Below are positions 8,903 to 17,681 of a stretch of 64,000 nucleotides of DNA, one piece after another (position 1 is the stretch's first letter; every line of letters begins with the position of its first letter). The position numbers were made by a program, and so were the translations under genes. Origin of the DNA: a virus; the IMG/VR virus record IMGVR_UViG_3300027666_000001. One strand, written 5' to 3'. The notes under the pieces were generated by a model. That model ran no database searches and was not told the origin of the DNA. It saw only the letters and a list, made by a program, of their open reading frames with translations.

Positions 8903-9315
8903 TGGCGTATATCGGGATCAAGTACAACTACCGGTTCGGCGGTGCCCAGCGGTACTACGGCGGCGGCACTCCGAACGGCGCCTTCGACATCGGCCTCTCT
9001 GCGTTCGTCATCGACCACTTGAACAAGTCCCGTCAGCGACTGGTTCTGGACATGTCGAACGCCCGGCGCCGGGGCGAGGGTCTGGTGCGGGCGAAGTCCC
9101 GCGTGGACACGGGACGGATGAAGTCCTCCGTCACCGGCACGGGCGACTTCGGTACCGACATCCTGAAGATCTCCTTCGGCTGGGAGTCCAACAACCCGTA
9201 CTACGCACCCTTCCAGGAGTTCGGTACGCGTACCGGCATCACCCCGATGATGGCCGTGCTCGACGCCTTCAACCAGGTGACCACCGAGCTTCAGGCGCGA
9301 GTGGGTGGTCGCTGA
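8902..9315 (+). CDS. HK97 gp10-family head-tail connector protein (137 aa)
   Basis: VDTGRMKSSV and YYAPFQEFGT motifs are typical of the gp10 family. TAATG junction. Confidence 0.6.
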   Translation: MAYIGIKYNYRFGGAQRYYGGGTPNGAFDIGLSAFVIDHLNKSRQRLVLDMSNARRRGEGLVRAKSRVDTGRMKSSVTGTGDFGTDILKISFGWESNNPYYAPFQEFGTRTGITPMMAVLDAFNQVTTELQARVGGR

Positions 9316-9800
9316 TGGCCTCTCTGCTGGACTGGCAGCTCGACATCTACAGCCGACTGGATACGGGACTGCCCAACACGCCGGTTTTCCTGGAAGGCGT
9401 ACCCGAGAACACCGACGTCATCAAGGACCCCTCGGGCTTCTACAAGCCAAGCGTCATCCTCTGGTTCGGCCAGGCATTCGACATCTCCGGATTCGGTGGC
9501 CGCCTGTCTGTGGCGGACCTCTGCGGTGTTTCCGGAGAGGACAAGGGCGTCACGAAGAAGGCGGGATTCATTGTCGAATCCGTGGCGCCATCCGGACTTT
9601 CGCTTCTTCAGCTCGCCCAGGCATGCCGGGATCTGCTCGTCGGATACACGCCCGCCGACCAGGGCGAGATCAGCGAAGCCGGATCGGGAACAGTCCGCGA
9701 TCCCTACCCGGTTGGTGTCGGCGACACGCTGCGTTTCTACCTGGCGATCGGGTTCCAGGGTGTCGTGAATGTGGGTCAGCACACCGGAACGGGTTCGTGA
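9315..9800 (+). CDS. tail terminator-like protein (161 aa)
   Basis: TGATG junction. Lies directly upstream of the major tail protein gene. Confidence 0.45.
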   Translation: MASLLDWQLDIYSRLDTGLPNTPVFLEGVPENTDVIKDPSGFYKPSVILWFGQAFDISGFGGRLSVADLCGVSGEDKGVTKKAGFIVESVAPSGLSLLQLAQACRDLLVGYTPADQGEISEAGSGTVRDPYPVGVGDTLRFYLAIGFQGVVNVGQHTGTGS

Positions 9801-9892
9801 AGAATTCGCTTCGGGCGCCCAGCGTCCCAGGCAGGGGCTTTCGCGGTTAGACTCCGGTCAGGCACGATCATGCCTTCCGGCCGGAGGTACGA

Positions 9893-10459
9893 ATGGCAGC
9901 AGTGAAGAGCCTCCCCCCGTCGCTCACCATCTGGTGGGTCGACGAATCGGACCAGACGTCCGAGGGGTACGAGGGCACGTACGGCGAGGGTTTCGCGGAC
10001 ATCGACCACCCGACCGCCGCAGAGATCAACGCGGGTCTGAACATCTCGTGCGCACTGACCACCGACATCACGCTCGGCTGGACGGACCGTGACACGGACG
10101 ACACGCGTGGCCTCTGCGACGACTCGAACGTGGCGACCCCGACCGCGAAGAACTACGAAGGCCAGCTCAACGTCTTCCTGGACCGCGACCCGAACAAGCT
10201 CGACCCGTCGATCTACAACGACGTGATGCGCCTGTTCAAGAAGCCCCTGCGCTCGGGGTTCCTGGTCCAGCGGATCTCGAAGCACCCCGTTCGGGATCCG
10301 AACGCGGTGGACGACGACTGGGTCACGGTCTACAAGTTCCTCTCCGGCGACCCCAACGTCATCAACGACGCGACCGCCCCCCTTCAGCTTCAGCCGACCA
10401 TGTATGCCCAGGGCCAGTCCTCGGACGGCCTTGTGCAGGTCGGCAGCACCGCGAGCTGA
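9893..10459 (+). CDS. major tail protein (188 aa)
   Basis: GGAGGTACGA SD. Lies before the chaperone/tape-measure genes. The AEINAGLNIS motif resembles actinophage tail tube subunits. Confidence 0.6.
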   Translation: MAAVKSLPPSLTIWWVDESDQTSEGYEGTYGEGFADIDHPTAAEINAGLNISCALTTDITLGWTDRDTDDTRGLCDDSNVATPTAKNYEGQLNVFLDRDPNKLDPSIYNDVMRLFKKPLRSGFLVQRISKHPVRDPNAVDDDWVTVYKFLSGDPNVINDATAPLQLQPTMYAQGQSSDGLVQVGSTAS

Positions 10460-10485
10460 CAACCCGTACGACCGAAGGAACGGAC

Positions 10486-11286
10486 ATGGCGCAGGACATT
10501 GCGGAGCCGGGCAACCCGGAGCCCGGCCCCGACAACTTCAGCTTCGAGGACTACCTGGAGGGGAACTCCACGTTCCCCGTGTTCGAGCACACGGCGTACC
10601 TGGACCAGCGGAGCGGTGCCGAACTCGGCGGCGTGCTCGAAGAGCTGGAGGCTCTGGTCGAGAGCCTGGAGCGCGTGGAGAAGGACATCCGCAAGCGCAC
10701 CGAGACCTCCGCGAACTCCTTCGTGGACTCGGTGCTGGACGCTCTCCAGGAAGAGCGCACCGAGCTGGAGGAGAAGATCGACGCTCTCTCCGGCCGGGTC
10801 GAGGATCTGAAGGCGAAGATCGTGAAGTCGGGCATCACGCTCGTCTTTCAGGTCAAGACGCCGGAGGAGCTGGGAACGGTCACCCGCGAGGCGACGCGCA
10901 CGTTCCACAAGGAGAACCCGCAGTACAAGGACGCCAGCGAGAACGACCTCGACTACATCACCGCCCGCAGCCGGTACACGCTCACCGCGCAGATCTCGCA
11001 CTTCTGCATCGAGTTGAAGCTGCCCGACGGGCGCACGGTTCCGCCGCCGAGCCGCAGCGGCGCCGACCTCCTTCTGAAGAAGCTCATCTCCTCCGAGACG
11101 ATGCGCCTGATGGAGTCCGTGGGGACCGGCCTGTCGGCTTCCCGTGACTGGGCCGACAAGCTCGATGCCGGGTTTCCTGGCGGAAGCTCTCACCTGGAAG
11201 AAATCGGCATGGGTGCGACCGCTGTTGAAAACGGCGAGATCGTGGTCCGTGCCCCCGCTGACAATGCTGACGGGACGGCCCTCTGA
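10486..11286 (+). CDS. tail assembly chaperone (G-like, 266 aa)
   Basis: Lies directly upstream of the tape measure gene. Acidic coiled-coil protein. Overlaps a second open frame. Confidence 0.65.
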   Translation: MAQDIAEPGNPEPGPDNFSFEDYLEGNSTFPVFEHTAYLDQRSGAELGGVLEELEALVESLERVEKDIRKRTETSANSFVDSVLDALQEERTELEEKIDALSGRVEDLKAKIVKSGITLVFQVKTPEELGTVTREATRTFHKENPQYKDASENDLDYITARSRYTLTAQISHFCIELKLPDGRTVPPPSRSGADLLLKKLISSETMRLMESVGTGLSASRDWADKLDAGFPGGSSHLEEIGMGATAVENGEIVVRAPADNADGTAL

Positions 11287-11599
11287 CTGGGCCGACGAAC
11301 GCAACCGCAAGCTGGCCATGGCCCTGACGATCCTGGAGGAGGAGACGTGCAAGCAGTGCGGCACTCCTGCCTGGATCGGCATGTCGACGAACAACGAGAT
11401 CGTTTTCGATCTGAAGGGCGCCGTCTGCTACGGCTGCGCGGAGATCGAGAAGGATCGCGAGGACAGCGAGAAGCGGCGCGGGAAGATCCGTCAGAAGGGA
11501 GAGACCCGGTACGTGTCTGCACGTAACGTATGGGGCGCGGGCACTCCGCTCCCTTCCCGGGCGCACTCCTACCAGCACGACATGCCGGACGGCGACTGA
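10486..11599 (+). CDS. tail assembly chaperone G-T fusion via programmed frameshift into the +1 frame
   Basis: The frame of 11144-11599 is open from 11111, has no SD-preceded start, and has higher GC3 than the zero frame after about 11177. Candidate slip site GGG-TTT-CCT at 11170-11178. Confidence 0.5.
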
Positions 11600-11612
11600 A
11601 GCGGAGGTCTAG

Positions 11613-14600
11613 GTGGCAACGGGCTTCGATGCGACAGCTCGCATCAACCTGGACATCCGCTCTTTCGCGCAGGGCGCTCAGGCCGTCACCAAGTCTGGCG
11701 GCCAGATGGAGAAGGTCTTCTCCAATCTGAACACCGTTCTGAGCAAGGTAGCTCTGGTCGAAAGCGGCCTTGCCGCCAAGCTCCGCACATCGCTGACCGT
11801 CTACAACCAGATCACCTCGGCGACGAAGAACTACGCCTCCGCCGTTCAGGCGCTCCAGAAAAACGAGTCGGCGTCGGCCAATGGCGCCAAGCTGATGACG
11901 CAGGCTTTCCAGCAGCTCCGCTCTGCTCTGGCATCCGTTCAGGGCCTGAGCGAGAAGGAATACCAGCGGCTGAACCGCACGGTCACGCTGTATCAGAAGC
12001 TGGCCGCAGTGATCAATCAGCTCGCCAGTGCGCAGAAGTCGATGTCGTCGATCACCCAGAACGCCATCGCTGCGCAGCAGAAGGAAGAGCAGGCCAAGAG
12101 GAAGGCCGCCGAGACCTCCCAGCGGCTCGCACTCGAAGAGCAGAAGCTGGCCATCCAGCGGGAGAAGCTGGCCCAGTCGGCTCAGCGCATCGCTCAGCAG
12201 GAGCAGGCCCTGGCCGCCGCCCGCGCCCGTACCGCCCAGGCGACCCAGAGTGCCCACCAGTCGACGGTCTCCTACTCGGGCTCCACGTTCGCCCTGCGCA
12301 ACACCGTCGGTGAACTGGAGAGCGCCTTCCAGTCGCTGTTCAACGTCCTGTCGAAGGTGCCCACCGCGCTCGCCGGGGCAGCCATCTCGCAGGAGGCGGC
12401 ATTCGCGCAGGTGGCCCGAGTAGTCGGCGAGGCGGAAGCCGCTTCGGTCGGCCTGCTCGCGAGGTTCCAGGAGATCGCCCAGCAGGCGCCGATCTCCTTC
12501 GAGGAAGTCGCCCGCATCGGTCAGCTCGGTGCGGCCATCGGCATCTCAGAACAGAACCTCGGTGACTTCACCGACACGATCGTGAAGTTCTCGCTGACCA
12601 CGGGCGTGGCGGCCGACGAGGCAACGCTGCTCCTCGGCCGTATCGCCCAGATGCAGGATGTGCCGATCTCCGAGATCGACCAGCTCGGTTCCGCGATCCT
12701 GGCTCTCGGTACCGCGTCGGCCGCGACCGACCAGGAGATCCTGCGCGTCAACGCCTCGATCGCCACCGTGTCGAACCTGTTCGGCCTCACGGCCCAGCAG
12801 ACGGCCGGTCTCTCCGCCGCCCTTGCCACCCTCCAGGTCCGGCCCGAGCTGTCGCGTGGTGCCCTAACCCGTGTGTTCAACGAGCTGTCCACGGCGGTCT
12901 CCGACGGTGGCACCGAGCTGAGCAAGCTGGCCAAGGTCATGGGGATGACCGACTCCGAGGTCTCGAAGCTCTACAACAACCCGGCGACGCGCGGCGACTT
13001 CCTGCTGGCCTTCATCCAGGGCCTCAGCCGGGCGGCCGGAGCCGGTGGCGACGTTCAGGGCGTGCTCCGCGAGCTGGGCGTCAACGCGGTCCGCGACATC
13101 GACGTGTTCTCCCGACTGGCCAACAACGCCGACATCGTCAGCGAGTCCTTCGACCGGGCCAACCAGGAGTTTGCCAAGGGCACCGAGCTGAACCGCCAGT
13201 CCAAGGGCATCTATGAGACCACGGCGGCCGAGCTTCAGAACCTCGGGGACGCCTTCAGTACGCTGCTCGCCACCCTCGGCGGTCCGCTGGCCACGGCCAT
13301 CGGTTCCGTCGCGGGCAACCTGGCCAACGTCATCGGCTTCCTCGCCCACCTCGGACCGGTCGTTCCGATCGTCGGTACCCTTGGCGCCCTGGCGGTCACG
13401 GCAGCAGCCGGATGGGCTTTGTACCAGGTGGCACTGTCGAAGACGATCCAGTCTCTGATCGCGGCCCGGGAACTCCAGGAGCGCCTGAAGGTCAGCACGC
13501 TGAGCGCCCGCGTCGCGCTCGACATCTACCGCAACGGCTTCCAGGGCACGACGGCGGCGCAGGCAGCGGCGGCGAACTCGCAGCGTCAGCTCACGGTCAG
13601 CACGGAGGCACTGTCGACGGCGCTCGCCGCGTCCTCGACGACCATCCGGGGTTACTCCCTGGCGGCGGCCCAGTCGGCGACGGGCCTGAATGCGATGAGC
13701 ACGGCCAGCCTGAATGCGGTGCGCGGTCAGGACGCCCTGTTCGCCTCGACGCTGGCCACACAGACTTCCATGCGCCAGCTCAGCGCCCAGGCGACCGCTT
13801 CTGCCCTGGCCATGGCCAACGTCTCGAACGTCAATCGGAACCTGGCGCTCACGCAGACGCAGATCGCGAACTCTTCTCGCGTATTCGCCGGTCAGACAGC
13901 TATTTCGGCGGCGGCCGTGGCGGGCCTGAACACCACGACGGCACGCGCGGTGCCGACGACGAACCTGATGTCGGCCTCCATGCGCAACGCGGCGGCGGCA
14001 GGTGCCCAGATGGGCGCCGGTATGGGAACGGCCGCTGCGGCGAGCACCGTCGCGGCGGGCGCCTTTACCCGGGCGACCACCGGCATCACGGCCTCGGGTC
14101 TGGCGGCCCGAGCGGCAGCCTTCGCGTTCGGCCCCTGGGGTATCGCCATCGCCACGGCGGGTATCCTGCTCGGCCCGCTCATCGGCAAGATGTTCGACTT
14201 CCGTTCGGAGTCCGAGAAGATCGCCGATGCCGCGTTCGAGGCGAGTGGTGGCACGCAGGCCCTGGCCAACGCAATCAAGGCCGACACCGACGCGGCGGTC
14301 CTGGCGGCCGGTGGCGTGAAGCAGTACAACGCGGCGATCCGGGACGGCTCGAAGGAGGCCCTGGGCGCGATCGGCGTGTACCGCACGATCACCACCACGA
14401 AGGGTGACCTGGCGGACGCCGACCAGCGTTCGGCCGAAGCGGCGCGCACCGAGGCCAAGGAGCGGCTGCGGGCGATCGAGGCCACCAAGGGCTCGAAGGA
14501 GGCTCTGGAGGAGCAGGCCAAGGGGCACGGCACCGGAGCCCAGGCGGCCCAGCGCTACCTTCGCGAGATAGCGAAGGAAGAGGGCGTCATCAACAAGACG

Positions 14601-16832
14601 ACCGAGGCGCTGGGCGAGAACACGGCGGCCATCGGTGAGAACACCAAGCAGTGGCTGCTCGACACCGCGCAGGCGGCCATCGAGACGTCGAAGCTCGCCG
14701 ACGGAAGCAAGATCAGCGCCGACGCCCTTGACCAGCTCGCCACCGCTGGCGTGAACGTGGGCGATGTCCTGGAGCTGTCTCTCCAGGACCCGGGGAAGGC
14801 GCTCAAGCAGCTCGACGCGGCGATCAAGGAAGTCGGCAAGACGGCCGACAACTACGCGCCCGCCGGTTCCGGCAAGCTCGGCGAACAGATCAACAGCGAA
14901 GCGGCAGCGGCCATCCGCCTGAAGAACTTCCTGGAGGCCCTGCGCACGACGATCTCCGCCGAGGACAGCGCCTCGACGAAGCTCTCGATCACGAAGGGCC
15001 TGCTGGCCGACGCGCTCGACGAGACGGGAACCTCGGCCAGCTCGGCGAGCGGCAAGATCAAGCTGACGAAGTCCGCCCTGGAAGACCTGGACACCACGGG
15101 CGAAGAGGCACAGCAGGCGATCGACCAGCTCGCGACCTCGTTCGAGAAGTTCGGCACTCCGCTCGACGCCTTCAAGACGGCGGCCGAGTCGGCGTTCGGC
15201 AAGGCCGAGGATGCGATCGACAAGTTCTCGCTGAAGACCAAGGGCGGCCTGGACGCCTATATCAAGGAACTGGAGAAGATCGCCAAGGCGCAGCGCGACT
15301 GGTCGGCGAACCTGATCAAGATCTCCGCGACTCTCGGCCCGGAGGTCGCAGAGCAGTTCCGCAAGATGGGCCCGGAGGCGGCGCCCGCTGTTGCCGAACT
15401 GGCCGATCTCTCCGCGAAGGAGCTGGAGAAGCTGGGCCCACGCCTGGCTGAGATCGGTGGCGACGCCACCAGCAACCTCGCGGCGGCCATCATCCAGAAC
15501 TCCGGAAAGATCGAGAACGCCACCCTCCAGACCCGGACGATCATCGCCGACGTCTTCGGCAACCTGATCGACAAGGCGAAGACCAGCGAAGACTTCGCCG
15601 ATGTATCGAACCAGTACGCCAAGCTGGTGACGCAGCTCAGCCAGGTCAAGGGCGTGAAGATCGATATCTCCGCCGACGACGCGAAGGCATTCAAGTCGCT
15701 CAGCGACCTGAGCCTGTACATCGACCTCGTCGGAAAGAAGAAGGTCAAGCCCGAGGTCGCCATCGACATCATCAAGGCCCAGGGTGACATCGCCAAGCTC
15801 CAGGAGCTGCTGAAGAACGCGAACCTGAACAAGGAGGGCAAGGCCACCCTCAACACCCTGATCTTCCAGTCGCAGCTCCTTCAGCTCACCACGTTCGTGG
15901 ACGGCCTGGAGGCCGAAGGCAAGCTGGACGCGAAGGGCAAGGGAAAGCTGAGCGACGCCGAGTACCGGGCGAAGGTGCTCGCGATGACTGAGTTCCTGGC
16001 ATCTACGGAAGGCCAGGGCCTGCTGAACCCGAAGGGCAAGGCGCAGCTCAACGACAAGGAGTACCGGGCCCAGATGACGGCCCTTGCCCAGCTCATCCTG
16101 GGCAAGGAGGCGGCCGGTGAGTTCGACGTCAATGGTGACGGCAAGCTCGACGACGACGAATTCAAGGCGCTGCTGGAGGCCCTGAAGCGCGCGGTCGCCG
16201 ACGCGAACAAGGGCAAGCTGAACCCGAAGGGAACCGTCACCCTGGCCGGTGTCGGCAACTTCAACCGGCAGCTCGGCGGCATCGTCCAGGCCGCATACAC
16301 GGCCGGTGGCCGGATCACCAACGCGCTGACCAGGTCGGCCACGGTCTCGGTGGGCTACTACTACTACCAGAAGAACACTCCGCCGAAGAGCTACGCGGCG
16401 GCGAACGGCGGCTGGATCAACGGGCCTGGCGGCCCGAAGTCCGACGTGATTCCGGCGATGCTCTCCAACGGCGAGTTCGTCGTGAACGCCGCTTCGGCCA
16501 AGCGCTTCGGCGCCCTGCTGGAGATCATCAACCGATCGGGCGGCCGGGGCTTCGGCGGTGTGGCCAAGCGCCTGCTGGACTCCGGCGTGACGGGCGGCTC
16601 GAAGCAGGTCCGGGCGCGGCAGGGCGGCGCCGGAACGACGATGCTCGGCGGCAGTAGCGCGGTGCAGCAGGTACCGCCGGAGAGCGTGTCGGTGTTCACC
16701 GCCCGGCTGGTGCCGCAGAACACCGGTCCGACGAACGTATTTAACATCAATAACCAGTACCCGCAGGCCGAGCCCACGTCGACTACGATCAACAGGTCGC
16801 TGGCCTACGCAGCGACGATCAGCGGGGTGTGA
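11613..16832 (+). CDS. tape measure protein (1739 aa)
   Basis: Largest ORF, Ala/Gln-rich coiled coil with hydrophobic central segments. Standard position after the chaperones. Confidence 0.9.
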   Translation: MATGFDATARINLDIRSFAQGAQAVTKSGGQMEKVFSNLNTVLSKVALVESGLAAKLRTSLTVYNQITSATKNYASAVQALQKNESASANGAKLMTQAFQQLRSALASVQGLSEKEYQRLNRTVTLYQKLAAVINQLASAQKSMSSITQNAIAAQQKEEQAKRKAAETSQRLALEEQKLAIQREKLAQSAQRIAQQEQALAAARARTAQATQSAHQSTVSYSGSTFALRNTVGELESAFQSLFNVLSKVPTALAGAAISQEAAFAQVARVVGEAEAASVGLLARFQEIAQQAPISFEEVARIGQLGAAIGISEQNLGDFTDTIVKFSLTTGVAADEATLLLGRIAQMQDVPISEIDQLGSAILALGTASAATDQEILRVNASIATVSNLFGLTAQQTAGLSAALATLQVRPELSRGALTRVFNELSTAVSDGGTELSKLAKVMGMTDSEVSKLYNNPATRGDFLLAFIQGLSRAAGAGGDVQGVLRELGVNAVRDIDVFSRLANNADIVSESFDRANQEFAKGTELNRQSKGIYETTAAELQNLGDAFSTLLATLGGPLATAIGSVAGNLANVIGFLAHLGPVVPIVGTLGALAVTAAAGWALYQVALSKTIQSLIAARELQERLKVSTLSARVALDIYRNGFQGTTAAQAAAANSQRQLTVSTEALSTALAASSTTIRGYSLAAAQSATGLNAMSTASLNAVRGQDALFASTLATQTSMRQLSAQATASALAMANVSNVNRNLALTQTQIANSSRVFAGQTAISAAAVAGLNTTTARAVPTTNLMSASMRNAAAAGAQMGAGMGTAAAASTVAAGAFTRATTGITASGLAARAAAFAFGPWGIAIATAGILLGPLIGKMFDFRSESEKIADAAFEASGGTQALANAIKADTDAAVLAAGGVKQYNAAIRDGSKEALGAIGVYRTITTTKGDLADADQRSAEAARTEAKERLRAIEATKGSKEALEEQAKGHGTGAQAAQRYLREIAKEEGVINKTTEALGENTAAIGENTKQWLLDTAQAAIETSKLADGSKISADALDQLATAGVNVGDVLELSLQDPGKALKQLDAAIKEVGKTADNYAPAGSGKLGEQINSEAAAAIRLKNFLEALRTTISAEDSASTKLSITKGLLADALDETGTSASSASGKIKLTKSALEDLDTTGEEAQQAIDQLATSFEKFGTPLDAFKTAAESAFGKAEDAIDKFSLKTKGGLDAYIKELEKIAKAQRDWSANLIKISATLGPEVAEQFRKMGPEAAPAVAELADLSAKELEKLGPRLAEIGGDATSNLAAAIIQNSGKIENATLQTRTIIADVFGNLIDKAKTSEDFADVSNQYAKLVTQLSQVKGVKIDISADDAKAFKSLSDLSLYIDLVGKKKVKPEVAIDIIKAQGDIAKLQELLKNANLNKEGKATLNTLIFQSQLLQLTTFVDGLEAEGKLDAKGKGKLSDAEYRAKVLAMTEFLASTEGQGLLNPKGKAQLNDKEYRAQMTALAQLILGKEAAGEFDVNGDGKLDDDEFKALLEALKRAVADANKGKLNPKGTVTLAGVGNFNRQLGGIVQAAYTAGGRITNALTRSATVSVGYYYYQKNTPPKSYAAANGGWINGPGGPKSDVIPAMLSNGEFVVNAASAKRFGALLEIINRSGGRGFGGVAKRLLDSGVTGGSKQVRARQGGAGTTMLGGSSAVQQVPPESVSVFTARLVPQNTGPTNVFNINNQYPQAEPTSTTINRSLAYAATISGV

Positions 16833-16835
16833 GCG

Positions 16836-17678
16836 ATGGCGACGGCATACAAGATCAACGGGTTCACGATCGGCGGCAAGGCCATCACCTCGGGCATGTA
16901 CCTCTTGGAGGGCACCGAGTACGCCCCGGCCCTGGCGCCGCGCCGTGCCGTCATCGAGGTGCCGAACACACACTTCTCGATCCCCCAGTGGGACGATCCG
17001 CTGTCGCAGATCACGGTCTCCCTGAAGATCCGCATCGTTGACCTCACGCCGGAGGCGCTGGCCTCGCGGTGGAACACCCTGATGGGCCTGCTCGGGATGG
17101 GCACCAACCAGCCCATCACCCTTACGCGGGTCCGGGGAACGATTGAGGAGACGGCCGACGCCCAGCTCGTCTCGATGAACACCCCGGACTTCTCCTGCCC
17201 GAGCAACCGGGCCGATGCGACGATCATCTTCAATGTCCCCGGCGGCTCCTGGCGTGGCACCGAGACGACGGTGACCTTCTTCAACAGCTCCTCGAACACC
17301 CTGGCCAACGCGCTCGCTTCGACGGTGCCCATCGCCGACTCGCTCCTGCTGCTGAAGGGCCCGGCCACCTCCCTCACGGTCACCGACAACACCTCAACGA
17401 CGTCGGTTTTCTGGGGTGACGGATCATCCTCGGTCAGTTCGGCGCAGTGGCTGCTCATCGACCCCCGCTACATGAGGGCCCGTCTTCAGTCCTCGGAAGT
17501 CTGGACTTTCACCACGGGAACGAACGTGACGGGCGCCCTGGAATTCCGTGGAAACGGGCCGCTGACTTTTACGTCTCGCGGCTCCGGTTCTTTCGGGAAC
17601 AGGACCGGTACATTCACCGTTACAACTGCTGGCGGAAACAACGGAGTGCAGGTGCGATCCAGGTACGCGGTGGTGTGA
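16836..17678 (+). CDS. distal tail protein (Dit-like minor tail protein, 280 aa)
   Basis: Immediately follows the tape measure gene. Size and position are typical of siphovirus Dit. Confidence 0.6.
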   Translation: MATAYKINGFTIGGKAITSGMYLLEGTEYAPALAPRRAVIEVPNTHFSIPQWDDPLSQITVSLKIRIVDLTPEALASRWNTLMGLLGMGTNQPITLTRVRGTIEETADAQLVSMNTPDFSCPSNRADATIIFNVPGGSWRGTETTVTFFNSSSNTLANALASTVPIADSLLLLKGPATSLTVTDNTSTTSVFWGDGSSSVSSAQWLLIDPRYMRARLQSSEVWTFTTGTNVTGALEFRGNGPLTFTSRGSGSFGNRTGTFTVTTAGGNNGVQVRSRYAVV

Positions 17679-17681
17679 CAT

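Noticed and set aside
12864-16973. 1369-aa ORF antisense to the tape measure gene
   Set aside because: Typical high-GC antisense open frame. The product is Arg/Gly/Leu-rich, has no SD-linked start, and is fully nested opposite a confident gene.
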